A program made the position numbers and the translations under genes. From contig OX597818.1 of assembly GCA_951406725.2 (NCBI GenBank), positions 124,868,001 through 124,932,000 of the forward strand: 64,000 nt of DNA, given 5' to 3'. The stretch's first letter is position 1. Each line of letters opens with the position of its first letter. The notes beneath the pieces are model-generated. The model worked only from the letters and a program-made list of their open reading frames with translations, did not search any database and was not told where the DNA came from. Positions 24,654 to 38,437 of the stretch are shown in pieces. This DNA is from Octopus vulgaris. Lineage: Eukaryota.

Positions 24654-25278
24654 TTAATTATTTATTTATAACTTATACTATGCTCAAACTCTAATAAATA
24701 AATGACATGGCAACGAAACAGCAAGCTGGAATTAAGTGTAAAAAATACCAAATACCCTGTTGGTGTCTGCACCTTTTAGGCTAAAACATCCAGACAAATA
24801 CAAGCCAATCTCAATTCTGTGTTCTTCCATCAAAGCACCACTCAATTCAGTGAAGGAACTTCTATTCAGTCAACTAGCCTGCTAGAAATAACAGCTAAAC
24901 TTCCCTCAAATCATGACCTAATGTCTGAAAAATGTAACATCACATGGGACAATACTTTCAAAGTTATACAGACAGACAGGATGGTCATGGATTAAACGAT
25001 CCCTCAATTATAACTTAGCTCAAACGGAGCAGAACAAAGATTCAACAACATTAACCACCATGCCCCACCACATGCCAATGGTAAGTGGCATCACCATTAT
25101 CCAATGAAGTAAGGGTCATTGTTGAAGAAGAGACTCAGGTGTATATGTAATATCTTTTGTTTCAGTCCAATTACTGACTGACCTGGTTTGCTACGCAGTA
25201 TCAAGATCAAAATCCTATTGTGTGCATAAAAGATCAACACAGATTATCCAACACCCACCCCACCCCACCCACGCAGCA

Positions 25279-25323
<45 letters not shown>

Positions 25324-25884
25324 CCAACCTAAGAAAATCTGAGCATTTTATTAGCTTGCATGACTAAATTACTAAGAATCTTTAAGATGCTGAAATAATT
25401 TTAGATTCTAGCCATGTAATGCTTAGCTAAGTTTTAAGCCAACGTCAGTGCAGAGCTAAAGTTTGTTTCTATATATCTTCTACAAACTGAAATATCAGTA
25501 CACCAACTGAAACTGTGGCTGTAAAAGAAGTTAAGCATATTACAATCAGTTGATTCACTATGCATATTCAATCCAACTAAATGTATGTGCACAAAAAATA
25601 TGTACGATTTTTTTCCCCCTCATAAACAAAAAAACAAAAAAAAATAATAAATACATAAAAATGCATGCAACAAATTAACTCCAAGTAAAATTGAAAACAT
25701 ACAGATATTATTTTTTTTCTACGTTCCATAGCTGCTAAAAAGGCATAAAAAATACTGCATCAACATTTTCTTTTTTTCGTTTTCTAATACATCCACATGG
25801 ATTGTATGAAAAAAAAATTACTGTTTCAAAGGTATCATAGAGCCTACAAACCAAATACACATTCCATAAAATATAAATGCTGAC

Positions 25885-26123
25885 ACGTTAAAATGCTCGA
25901 ACCGATCGTGACGATGCCGGACCCTCCGGCCCCTGTGCAGGTGGCACGTAAAAAGCACCCAATCCACTCACGGAGTGGTTGGCGTTAGGAAGGGCATCCA
26001 GCCGTAGAAACTCTGCCAGATTCAGACTGGAGCCTGGTGCGGCCCCTGGCTTCCCAGACCCGGTCAAACCGTCCAACCCGTGCTAGCGCGGAAAGCGGAC
26101 GTTAAACGATGATGATGATGATG
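25885..26123 (+). mobile_element. Family C element (RTE 3' end)
   Basis: Conserved TTAGGAAGGGCATCCAGCCGTAGAAAC motif and (GAT)n tail. Confidence 0.85.
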
Positions 26124-26689
26124 ATATGTATGTATGTATGTATAACATACATATAAACATTTTTTTTTTTTTTGAAGAGTTTAATTTCCTTTGTGATCTG
26201 ATTGCATGGTGTGCGTGCGCATGCGCACACATGCACACATACATTCATCTTTGATGGTACATTAGTAGAATAACTACACATTCAGCCTACAAGAACATAA
26301 TACAATGTCTGCAGTCTGTAGAAAATGGTTGTAATTTCCTGTAATCCATTGTAAATGCAATGTCGACACGATATTAAGACAAGCAGTTGAGTGATCGGTG
26401 GGTTACATCCTGTCATTTCAACCATGTTGTGTCCACAGTTAAAAGGTGAATTCACTAAGCTCTAAACAGAAACCACAGCGTGGCCTTGTTTGCTACTTCA
26501 GAGCAGCAACAAAGCAGCGCAATAAAATTAAACAAGCATTTCCTTGGCTTACAGTGTTGACATGAAGTTTTCTGTAACCCTCTAATTCTAGCAGAGACTG
26601 ACTGCAGGGTTTCAGTTGATTTTTAATATTATGATCAAGATTTTGGAGAGAGTTTAATGAATTATCACATAATATAATGGTGTGTGTGT

Positions 26690-26725
<36 letters not shown>

Positions 26726-27070
26726 CATCATCATCAACAACAACAACAACAACAATAAACAGCCATTTTCCATGGTAGCATGGGTTGGAAGGCTTGACTG
26801 AAGTTGGCAAGCTGCAGGGCTGCACCAGGCTCCAGTCATCTGTTTTGGCATTGTTTCTACATCTTGATGCCCTTCCTAACTTCAACAACTTTCTAAAGTA
26901 TACTGGGTGCATCTTACATGGCACCAGCACTGGTCCTTGCTCATGTGACACCGACACCAGCATAGGTGGACTTTTTACATGACATTGGCATGGGTGCTTT
27001 TTAACATGCTGCTGGTACTGTTGTCAAGTGATGGTAGAGTACAAACACACTCATATATATATATATATAT

Positions 27071-27495
27071 ATCATCATCATCATTTAGCGTCCGCTTTCC
27101 ATGCTAGCATGGGTTGGACGGTTCAACTGGGGTCTGGGAAGCCAGAAGGCTGCACCAGGCCCAGTCTGATCTGGCAATGTTTCTATGGCTGGATGCCCTT
27201 CCTAACGCCAACCACTCCGTGAGTGTAGTGGGTGCTTTTTACGTGCCAGACGGGACTGGCAAACGGCCACGGTCAGATGGTGCTTTTACGTGCCAGCACG
27301 GGCCACTGGCTGCAAACGGCCACGGTCGGATGGTGCTTTTTACGTGTCACCGGCACGGAGGCCAGTCGGGGCAGTGCTGGCAACGGCCACGGTCGGATGG
27401 TGCTTTTTACATGCCACCGGTATGGAGGCCAGTCGGGGCGGCGCTGGCAACGGCCACGGTTGGATGGTGCTTTTTACGTGCCACCGGCACGGGGT
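27071..27495 (-). mobile_element. Family C element with about four ~60-bp GC-rich tandem units, inserted in a SINE A microsatellite
   Basis: Unit GGCAACGGCCACGGTCGGATGGTGCTTTTTACGTGCCACCGGCACGGAGGCCAGTCGGGGCGGCGCT is repeated; the SINE A head resumes at ~27496. Confidence 0.85.
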
Positions 27496-30400
27496 TCTTT
27501 TAGTTTCCATCTATCAAATCCACTCACAAGGATTTGCTCAGTTGAGGCTACAAGGATATATAGTACAAAGACACTTGCCAAAGGTACCAAGCACTGGAAT
27601 TGAACCCAGAACAATGTGATAGCATATGTGAGGAGACAAAATTACAATCACAAACAAAAGACTGATTGCAAATGTATAAGTGTTGGGGAAGGACTGAAAC
27701 CTAAAACAGTCATTTCTGATTAGTTATTCTTGCTGTTTTTGTTGTTGCCATTATTGTTGTAGATACTGAAATAGATGTGATGTTGTTCTAGGTCATTACT
27801 GGGCTACATTTCAATTTTTCGTATATTTAATCATTTCTTATATCTTCATCAGATAACTTGTCATACCTCCAAAAAAGAAAAATTAATATCATTATTCAGT
27901 AGGAGGAGTCTCACTGGGTTTTCTAGTGGACTAATAATAATAACAGATGGTAGTAATGAAGGGGAAGGCTGCCTTTCAGGAGAAACATTCAGTACTTAAC
28001 TGGTTGATTTGATAGGAATCGGTTAGTGGAGCAGGTTGAGGTTACATCTAATGAAGAACAAATGAAAATGGGAAGATATCATATAGATATTAACTGCTTC
28101 AAACCAACTCAAATTGATTAAATTACACTACTTAACACTGATATCATTTCAGAGGTTAATGGTTTACATGTTAATAAGGTTAATCATAAACAAGCACACA
28201 TGCATATATATATTTATATTTATTTATTGTGTGTGTGTAAATACATATACGCACACAAATATTTGCAATGGCTATGCAGCTCAAACCAGTGTGAAGAATT
28301 AACGGTAAATTGATAATGATGGAGAGGAAGAAATGTCAATGGTAGTTGAGATGATTGGGATAAATTCTGGGCATATATATGTTATATGCATGCAAAGATT
28401 TTGTTAATGTGTGTGGTGGTGGGGGAGATGGTGTGGTGGTGGGGAGGAGGTGGTGTGGTGGTGGAGGGGGAGATGGTATGGTGGTGGTGTGTGTGTGTGT
28501 TTGAGTGTGCTTAGTTAATTAGTCACCACTGGTGGAATTTGAGACCAGGTCTAAGATGGAGGATTTTATGTTGACCTCAGTGCAGGATATAAAAATGTTA
28601 CCATATTTTATTGTTTTATAGTCATTTAAATCTCCTCCATCTCTCTCCCTAAGAGTCTATGAGGGTATGTGAGATTTGTAAAGACAATGGAATTTTGAAG
28701 TAATCACAACCAACTACTTTTCCACGGGGCACCTTCAGATTTTTCCCCCATTACAAATTAATACAATACCTACTACTGTTACTTCAGGTTAGTAGACACA
28801 CCAACCCAAAATCCAGCCTGCTAGAACTAGCAACAAAATCTCCAGTTTCGTAAAATATCACAAAAAGGATACAATGGACAAAGCAAATCTGAAAACACAG
28901 TCCAAAAATAAAATAGGGTGTCATGGATGAAGTACCTTTGATCACAAGTCTGTTCAATCAGAGCTGTACAGCAATTAAATGATAACTCAAATCAAATCCT
29001 CTCTACAACATTTTACTATTGATTTCTCTTAACAAAACCAGTTATGAGAAAGTGGGAACATATTTCTTCACCTCAGCATTTTTGCAGGGTGATACTCTGA
29101 AGAGAGAAGTATTCCTGAAGCTACTTTCAGGTGTATGACCAAAATCACAAGTGTGAAAGCTGGAGAATTTAATTGACTCCAGTACTTGGCTATAGCTTAA
29201 GTTTAGAAAGTTTGGAAGAATGAATGTAAAGTTAATTTTGATGTGATTTGAGCTAAGAATGTGAAATAGACACAACTACTGCAAGTCACTTCACCCACCA
29301 TTTTACCAATTTTGACAACACAAAGCCCTTTCACTGATAGGATAATAGAGTTTTCTACAATATCCTTTCAATATTTAGAACCATCTAGGACGGTGAGCTG
29401 GTGGAATCATTGGCACACCAGGCAAAATGCTTAGCAGTATTTCGTCTGCCATTATGTTCTGAGTTCAAATTCCGCTGAAGTCAATAAATTAAGTACCAGT
29501 TGCAAACTGGGGTCGATCTAATCAACTAGCCCCCTCCCCAAAAATTTCGGACCTTGTGCCTAGAGTGGAAAAGAATATTTAGAACCATCTATCAACTTTC
29601 ATGTTCATCAATAATCAACAACATTTAACATCCGTTTTCTATGCTGGTATGGGCTAGACAGCTTGACAAGAACTGACAGGGCCAAGGGTTGCACCAGGTT
29701 CAAAGCTTGTTTTGGTTTGGTTTCAGCAGCTGGATGCCCTTCCTGATGCCAACCACTTTACAGAGTGTACTGAGTGCTTTCTATATGGTACCATCACCCA
29801 CACCAATGCTTTTTATATGGCACTTTGGTTTTAGGATACCAATTCTTTTGTGGTGGGTAGTTCTTCTAGAGTACAGCAATGTACCACATATTGGTCCTCT
29901 GTCATCTTTGTAAAGATTGGGGTTTTGAGATCAGCCTTCAATACTTCACCCCATGTCTTCTTGAGTCTTGCCCCATATCTTATGGTTAACTTAGTCAGCT
30001 ATTACGTTACTCTACAAATTTCAGACAGGTGTGCCTTTTTATGAAGTTGTTGAGTGGCTCAGTTCCTACATGGACCCTATTTGAGCTCACCTGTAGCATG
30101 GAGATAGGAAAACATTTATTTGGAGTTCATACATAATAAGTCCAGCAAACCATATACACCAACATTTCTTGCAAACAAGGTTTGGAATTAGAAACAGCAT
30201 CTGGCAACACAAAACTCATTCAAAGTGTCTTTTCTAACCCACACCAGTATTGAAAAAGTGGACACAAAAATAATATCGGAGAAATGTGAATCAGTTTTGT
30301 AGCAGTTTCAAACAAACCAATGTTTTTTTAATTGTAAACATAAACATGACAAACACATACATGTACATATATTCAGTTGTTCATACTGTAAGATTATATA

Positions 30401-30965
30401 AAGCTAGTTTCCTTAATTTTGTTCAAGTGTTAATTTCTTTGGACAGTAAAAGCATTAGCATCAATTTCAAATATTAATTCAATTACTATACATTTTGAAC
30501 TGCTTTAATAAAAGCCACACACACACACACACACACACATAGATTGTATAACATCTTAATAAAAACTATTTTTAATAAAATGTGACGAAATAACCTTTAT
30601 CCGTTAACCTATTTTCCATATTTTGAGCATTTGTTGTAATTCAATTAATTGTTGATTTGAGTAACTTTTAGATCAATCAGTTGGCACCAGACATGTTAAG
30701 TTATACCCCAGACAATAGATTAATGTAAAAAAAACTTAGTTATTTCATAAAATCCCTTCAAATTCTTTATTATTTTCAAAGTTAATTAAAACATAGGCAG
30801 TGTATTTCATTAGAGACACGGTCACAAAAGGGTTAAGATCAAAACAGTAATAATCAATTACAACTGTATTGAATCAATATGCATCTTCAAAGACACAACT
30901 TTAAACACTATTGACAATGGAGCCTTAGCATGGCCTGCTAGAAATAACAGCCAAATCTCCCTCAA

Positions 30966-31182
30966 CCCTTTAGCACTTAAACCGGCCATATCCAGCCAAA
31001 ATAATCTAATGTTTTAGCTTCAAACTGGCCAGTTCTGGCCTCCTACATTTATCCTATAATATTAATCTAAAAAAATAAACAATCACATCACTGAAATCTC
31101 AAAGCTACAAAGTAATGCATAACTAAATTTTATCAATGTGAATAAATAAGCATTTTGACAGAGCAAACTGAATGCTAAAGGG
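30966..31182. mobile_element. piggyBac-type MITE
   Basis: TIRs CCCTTTAGCA / TGCTAAAGGG; flanks TCAA (mutated TTAA) and TTAA; inverted paralogue at 49140-49360. Confidence 0.8.
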
Positions 31183-31299
31183 TTAAATCACACTTTACAT
31201 CTTAAAGAAGAAAAAAAAACAGGTAGAATACATTGGATAATGTAGTCCTAGATACCCTTAGAAAGCCAAGATGATCAAAGTATTTGGTGATTTGTAAAT

Positions 31300-31712
31300 A
31301 CTCTTTTACTCTTTACTCTTTTACATGTTTCAGTCATTTGCGGCCATGCTGGAGCACCACCTTTAGTCGAGCAAATCGACCCCGGGACTTATTCTTTTGT
31401 AAGCCCAGTACTTATTCTATCAGTCTCTTTTGCCGAACCGCTAAGTGACAGGGATGTAAACACACCAGCATCGGTTGTCAAGCAATGCTAGAGGGACAAA
31501 CACAGACACACAAACATATACACACACATACATATATATATATATACATATATACGACAAACTTCTTTCAGTTTCCGTCTACCAAATCCACTCACAAGGC
31601 TTTGGTCGGCCCGAGGCTATAGCAGAAGACACTTGCCCAAGATGCCACACAGTGGGACTGAACCCACAACCATGTGGTTGGTTAGCAAGCTACTTACCAC
31701 ACAGCCACTCCT
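31300..31712 (-). mobile_element. SINE family A, full length
   Basis: High identity to the family A consensus. Confidence 0.9.
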
Positions 31713-31817
31713 AATACCACAAGTTTTAATATGTTGCATGGCCTACTAGAAATAACAGCCAAATCTCCTTTAAATCACACTCTACATCTTAAAAAGAACA
31801 CATAAGATAAACTAGTC

Positions 31818-32102
31818 CAGACGTTCCCAAACTTTTTGGGGCTACCACCCACTTGGTACCTGGGCCACATTCATAATGCCCCCACACCGACTTATCACCA
31901 CAAACTTAAACCACTTTCTGCATCAAATTCAAAACAACAGTATTTCACAAATAAAACTTAACCTAGTTAACCTATTTATTTTGTTGTTACATCCATTGTC
32001 GCTTTTTGGCCAGCCCGTTATTGTCCCCACTTTCCTTCAGTGCCCCAGTGGATCTTCCCACTGCCCCCAGAAGGAGAGTACCACCCAGTTTGGGAACCAC
32101 TG
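31818..32102. mobile_element. hAT-Charlie-like MITE
   Basis: TIRs CAGACGTTCCCAAACT / AGTTTGGGAACCACTG; decayed 8-bp flanks AACTAGTC / ATCTGGTT. Confidence 0.7.
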
Positions 32103-32234
32103 ATCTGGTTCTTGGTATCCTTTGCAAGCCAGGATGGTCAAAGTATTTGGTGACTTATAAATGCTGTAAATTTCAATATGTTGCATGGCCAGCTAGAAAT
32201 AACAGCCAAATCTGCTTTAAATCACTCTCTACAT

Positions 32235-33438
32235 CAGAGGGTGTCAAACATATGGCCTGCAAGATGACTTTGAAAAGTGTAAAAATTTTATATTTACTTA
32301 CTTATTATTTTGAATATTTTTTGTTTGAGTATGACTGATGATAGTGTCAATTAATTCAATTTCTAATAGAAAAACTCCCTAAAATTATTTAAAAATTTGT
32401 TTAATAGGCGCAGGAGTGGCTGTGTGGTAAGTAGCTTGCTAACCAACCACATGGTTGTGGGTTCAGTCCCACTGCGTGGCATCTTGGGCAAGTGTCTTCT
32501 GCTATAGCCCCAGGCCGACCAATGCCTTGTGAGTGGATTTAGTAGACGGAAACTGAAAGAAGCCCATCGTATATATGTATATGTATGTATGTATGTGTAT
32601 GTGTTTGTGTGTCTGTGTTTGTACCCCTAGCATTGCTTGACAACCGATGCTGGTGTGTTTACATCCCCATCACTTAGCGGTTTGGCAAAAGAGACCGATA
32701 GAATAAGTACCGGGCTTACAAAGAATAAGTTCCAGGGTCGATTTGCTCGACTAAAGGCGGTGCTCCAGCATGGCCGCAGTCAAATGACTGAAACATGTAA
32801 AAGAGTAAAAGAGAGTAAAAAGAGAATAAATATATTTTTCTGAAATTAATTCAAAGACTAACAACAAGTTTTCTTTTTTAGGTCAACATTTCACTCTGTT
32901 TTACTTTACCCAAAATGTCTTTGTCAAAAGGGAGAAAAGTGGATACAGAGTGTAGATTATTTCAGGAAAAGTGGTCGTTTTCCTGTTTATTCATGGAGAT
33001 GAATGGGAAACCCGTGTGCTTGGTGTGCTCGCAGCAGGTTTCAGTGCTCAAAGAATATAAGATTTGGTGCCACTATGAGACTAATCATACCAACAAATAC
33101 AATAATTTGCAAGGACAAATGAGAAGAGACAAGGTAAATAAATTGTTAGTGGATCTGCAGAAATAACAGTTTGCTTTAACCTGAAGCTTGGACTTGGACA
33201 CATTTTATCAGTATCTCTTGCCAAAGTACCCCAAACTGACTGGCCCTTGCTGCAAAAGTTTTGTGCATGTTCAACACTGCCTACCTTTATGAACAAGTTT
33301 TCTCTGTAATGAGCATCAATAAAACAAAGCTGTGCTCACTAAAACAAAGGAAAAATTTTGAAATTGCTACTTATAGGTTTTTATGCCATGATTTTACTGA
33401 TCCAGCCCACTTCAGATCAAATTGGGTCGACACCCCTA
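32235..33438 (+). mobile_element. Internally deleted hAT (Charlie/SPIN-like) transposon with transposase remnants
   Basis: TIR CAGAGGGTGTCAAAC ... GTCGACACCCCTA; perfect 8-bp TSD CTCTACAT (32227-32234, 33439-33446). ORF 32915-33166 MSLSKGRKVDTECRLFQEKW...GKPVCLVC...LKEYKIWCHYETNH resembles the SPIN/GTF2IRD2-type N-terminal Zn finger; VLCMFNTAYLYEQVFSVMSINKTK resembles the hAT dimerisation domain. Confidence 0.9.
32407..32825 (+). mobile_element. SINE family A, full length, nested in the hAT element
   Basis: High identity to the family A consensus. Confidence 0.9.
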
Positions 33439-33444
33439 CTCTAC

Positions 33445-33800
33445 ATCATGGTCATTTAACATCTGTTTTCTATGCTGGCATGAGTTGGACAATGTGACCA
33501 GAGCAGGCAAGCTGGGACACTGCACCAAACTCCAGTCTGATTTAGCATGTTTTATATGACTAGCTGCCCTTCCTAATGCCAACCACTTTATAGAGGGTGT
33601 TCGTTGCTTTTGCATGGCACCACATGGGCATTGTACATGGCACCAAACAGGTGCTTTTACATGGCACTGCACAGGCACTTTTACGTGGACGGGTGCATTT
33701 GCATGGAACCGCACAGGTGCTGTTATGTGAAGCCAAACAGGCACTTTTACATGACACTACACAGGCACTTTTACATGGCACCGCCAAGAGTGCTGTAAAA
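33445..33800 (-). mobile_element. Old family C element with ~24-bp tandem units
   Basis: GCCCTTCCTAATGCCAACCACTT followed by about 7 CACAGG[T/C][G/A]CTTTTACATGGCAC-like units. Confidence 0.75.
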
Positions 33801-34211
33801 AGAGCACATTAGGCAACCTAATCCAGGATGGTCAAAGTATTTGGTGACTTGTAAATGCCGTAAGTCACAATAGATGCATGAAACCAAGTGTCATCTGACT
33901 TCAAACTGGTAAAACAGCATTTTAATTCACCAGACAGCTCTTTGAACCACTTGTCTGTGGAGTGACCTTACATTATAGTTTGACTTTCACTCACAGACTT
34001 ACTTCATTTTCACTCTAGACACTTCCTCATCTGCAGTATTAAATAAACACTTCTCATTCTCCTAGTTTACATAGACCTCTTAACCTTTCCAATCTACCCT
34101 TCACCTCACCCCCACCCCACCCTGCCACCCACTCTGCTACCAGTCATGTAGCAATCAACGCACTACTTTCCCCTCTCCATTCCACACTCAATTATACATT
34201 TGCATGTGTGA

Positions 34212-34297
<86 letters not shown>

Positions 34298-34759
34298 TAG
34301 GCTTCTTTCAGTGTGTGTGTGTGTGAGGGTATATATTTTCTTTCTATTACAAAAATGTTTTCCATCTTCCTTAGTGGTCTCTGCTTCTCATCTTAACTCC
34401 CTCCCTACCATATTTTGCAAATTTGCCAGTGTTCTTGTCGATTATCTCCATGCTTGGGCTGTTATCCTCCCACAAACATCTGTTTCTCCTTGTTGCCTCC
34501 ACCCCACCCCCCATTCTTCACTGTTATCTTTTCATTATCCCTTTCCCCTCTTGACATCCAGTCTATTTACTCAGTACCATCAACAAACATTTCATCTTCC
34601 TCCAACAAGGATTCTATCTAATCCAAAGCACTCAGATTTCTCTTCCCCATAACAAAATATTTTATTCTTCTTTGTGACATTTTTGTCACTATTTGCTGAT
34701 GCAAAGCATCACTAGATTCCAAAGATTTTATTGCTTCCCTAATTATATACATATATAGG

Positions 34760-35300
34760 GATCATTGTGTGGTAAGGAGTTTGCTTCAGACCCAATGTGC
34801 AGCACCTCGGGCAAGTGTCTTCTACAATGGCCTCAAGCTGACCAAAGCCTTGTGAGTGGATTTGACGGACAAAAACTGAAAGAAGCCCAAAAAGCACCCA
34901 TTACACTCTCGGAGTGGTTGGCATTAGGAAGGGCATCCAGCTGTAGAAACTCTGCCAGATCAGATTGGAGCCTGCTGCAGCCATCTGGTTTGCCAGTCCT
35001 CAGTCAAATCGTCCAATCCATGCTAGCATGGAAAGCGGACGTTAAATGATGATGAGATATATATATATATATATATATGTCATGTGTGTGTGCTTGTATT
35101 TGTCTCCCATCCACCGCTTGACAACTGGTGTTAGTGTGTTTAAATCACCATAACTTAGCAGTTCAATAAATAAGATAGATAAAATAAGTGCCAGGATTAC
35201 ACAAAAAATTCTGGGGTCGATTCATTCGGCTAAAACAATTCTTCGAGGCAGTGCTCCAGCATGGCAACAGTTTAATAACTGAAACAAGAACAAGAATTAA
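34760..35300 (+). mobile_element. SINE A with a family C tail inserted at its microsatellite (A head-C-A tail)
   Basis: A head to AACTGAAAGAAGCCC (~34888), C from AAAAGCACCCATTACAC to (GAT)n (~35052), then the A tail. Confidence 0.75.
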
Positions 35301-35383
35301 AGAATATATATTCTTTTATATGTTTCAGCCCTAAGGCTGTGGCCATGCTGGAGCACTGCCAATAAAATAATGTGACCTCACCA

Positions 35384-35422
<39 letters not shown>

Positions 35423-36071
35423 AAATATTAAATTTCTAAATATCTCATAGAGATATGTGCGGTGGTGGAGACATACATATATTCTTAGATGATTAACATA
35501 TGGTTATCACTGTTGGTCTGAAACTACTAAAGCATATGACAAGATGAAAAGACCACATCAATAATAAAAACAACCAAAATTTATACCAGAGATTTTTTTA
35601 TAAGTGTTTAGCTAGGGTTCTGGACATGCTAGCTTAACTAAAGTGTTAAGGACAAAGTCCACTAAAACCAAAACTAGGCACAAATCATCAAAAGATACAC
35701 TAACCATTTGTAAATATCTGTGGAAGGAATCTGCAGAAAAAACTTCCAAGGAAGTCATGAAAAAATGAGACGAAGGCCAATCTCAGGATGGTGAATATCA
35801 CAGGGAACAAAGACAAAACACAGCAACAAGTAGCAAGACATTGTGCTAAAGACAACACGTTCAACCAATGTAAGTATGGGAAATACGGATCTAAAACTAT
35901 GCTATCTTCATCATGATAGTGCTTAGAACTAGTTTCTACGGAGCTAAATAGATCAGGGACAAATCTTTCATTGAAATAGCATGGTAGCTTATGGAATAAC
36001 TTTCTCTGAAGATTCTGACACCTGTTTCCTTAAGTCAACTGAGGTCAGTAGACTTGATTATGATGCACATA

Positions 36072-36283
36072 AGCTGGCAGAAATGTTAGAACGCAAGGCA
36101 AAATGCTTAGTGGTATTCCGTCTGTCCTTACGTTCTGAGTTCAAATTCTGCCGAGGTCGACTTTGCCTTTCATCCTTTCGGGGTCGATAAATTAAGTACC
36201 AGTTGCGTACTGGAGTTGATCTAATCAACTTAATCCCTTTGTTTGTTCCCTCTGTGTTTAACTCCCTGCGGGCAATAAAGACA
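36072..36283 (+). mobile_element. SINE family B
   Basis: Matches 7710-7937. Confidence 0.8.
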
Positions 36284-36561
36284 TAAATATTTGTTCATTC
36301 TGACACCTGTTTCAGTCATAGGATTGCAGCCATACCAGGGCACCATCTTCAAGAGTTTTGATTCATCATATCAACTCTGGTACTTATTTCTATCTGCTAC
36401 TTATTTTTCATTCTTTATTTGTCAGACTACTAAGTTACAAAACACAAAGAGATGCAACATAAAAAGCAATACTTGTTTTCAGACTGGTGTTAATGTAAAC
36501 ACAGATATGGACATATAAACACACATCTCTTTCTCTTTCTACATACTTACATATACGCACG

Positions 36562-36597
<36 letters not shown>

Positions 36598-37487
36598 ACC
36601 TCCATATTCACAACTGGTCTCTGTCTAACAAACTTCCCACTTGATATTGCAGAAGAATAAGGGATAAAACTTGAACAGGGTACTGTGCTGTGTATTTAAA
36701 CCTAAGTTGCATAGCAAACACCTTAACTTTTTCTTTTAATTAATACAATTGATAGTAAAATTGAATGATAAATCAATGCTTTAAAAACAAAACATTATGG
36801 TAGTTAAGTTAGTGCTAAAATATGTAGCAAACAGCAAGACACATCAAGCTAAGTGAAATTGTAGTCATGGCCAGTGACACAAAAGATACCTGGTACACTC
36901 TGTGGAGTGGTTGGCATTAGGAAGGGCATCCAGCCATAGAAACTAAGCCAAAACAGACTAGAGCCTGGTGCAGTCGAACTTCTAACCCATGCCAATATGG
37001 AAAATGGATGCTAAAAGACAATGAGATTGATGACGATGAAAAGAAAATGTTAATTTAACCAATTTTTAAAAAAACATTTTAATATTTGAGAAACAATCTA
37101 GACATATTTCCTTCATATTAGACCCTGGCAAAAACTAAATAAGACAGAAAGATAACCAGAGTTGTCTCCCATATTTGCAAAAACGATTAAAAAATATTGG
37201 TCATTAAGTTAACATTTTCTATTCTTCACCACATAAATATTTCTAATTACATTTCTGATGTTATTAACATTAAATGTGTTAATACTGAGCGAACAATAAC
37301 TGAATATATTCCAGGTTGTATTCTATTGATCCTCATATACAAAACTGTGAAGACAAAAAGGCAAAACTGGTTATTGCTTATAACAGTTCGACACTGGACT
37401 ATTCAGTCTAAGAACCACTAACTTACAACACAGTATCACAACTACCTACATGACTCTAAGCAAGAATATTAGTATGTTAAAAGGATG

Positions 37488-37535
<48 letters not shown>

Positions 37536-37539
<4 letters not shown>

Positions 37540-38394
37540 ACAAATAACACCAGCAACAATTCAAATAATAAACTGAGAACACCTACAAATAGTGATAATA
37601 AAACAATAATATCAACAACCAACACACCAAACAGAACCAATCCCTCCAGCGCTCGATGTACACAAGCCAACAAAATCAAACAGTTATGCTCATGCAGAGA
37701 TAGATCCAATAGTCCTTTGGATAACCAATGTATGACTAAAAACATGGTATAAAAGTGCACTATAAATACTAGGCTCCTACGTATATATCAGGGCATCAAA
37801 ACTCGATACCGCAACCACATCGCCAGCTTTCGAAATATCCTTAAACAACATGTAACATCGCTGGCCGATTTTATCTGGAGACTTAAGGAAGCGAAATCAA
37901 AATACGACCTTACATGGTCCATACTTAGACACACGAGTCCCTACAAAACTAGATCCCAGAAACGCCAGTCATAATCCAAGGAGTTACTCTTGATAATGTT
38001 AACAAAGGGGTGCATTATAAATAAATTCACTGAACAATTAGCCAGATGCCTACACGCAGTTAAACATACATTCACATATTACAATCCTGACCATACATAA
38101 TTTGATGTACACCTGGTGCACACAACTCTTAATACACTTGAACTTGAGGACTATATTTGAATAACTTGTATTTGACATATGAGCTTGCAATCTAGATCCG
38201 TATATGTGTGTGTATGTGTTTATAGGCATATGTGTACATGTATGTGTGCAAATATGTGTGTGTATATGTACATATAGATCTATATGTCTACATATTCATC
38301 CGTGCACATTTGCATTTTTGCATGTGTATGTATGTATGTATATTAGTGTGAATATGTGTATACGTGTATGCGGGCGTATGTTTATATATGTATA

Positions 38395-38437
<43 letters not shown>

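Noticed and set aside
27815-27852. Minus-strand CTGATGA...CGAAA hammerhead-like spacing
   Set aside because: Stem II is weak and AT-only, and there is no convincing stem I or III; likely chance.
32915-33166. Host GTF2IRD2/EPM2AIP1-like gene
   Set aside because: It lies within TIRs and an 8-bp TSD and lacks the catalytic core, so it is a deleted transposon.
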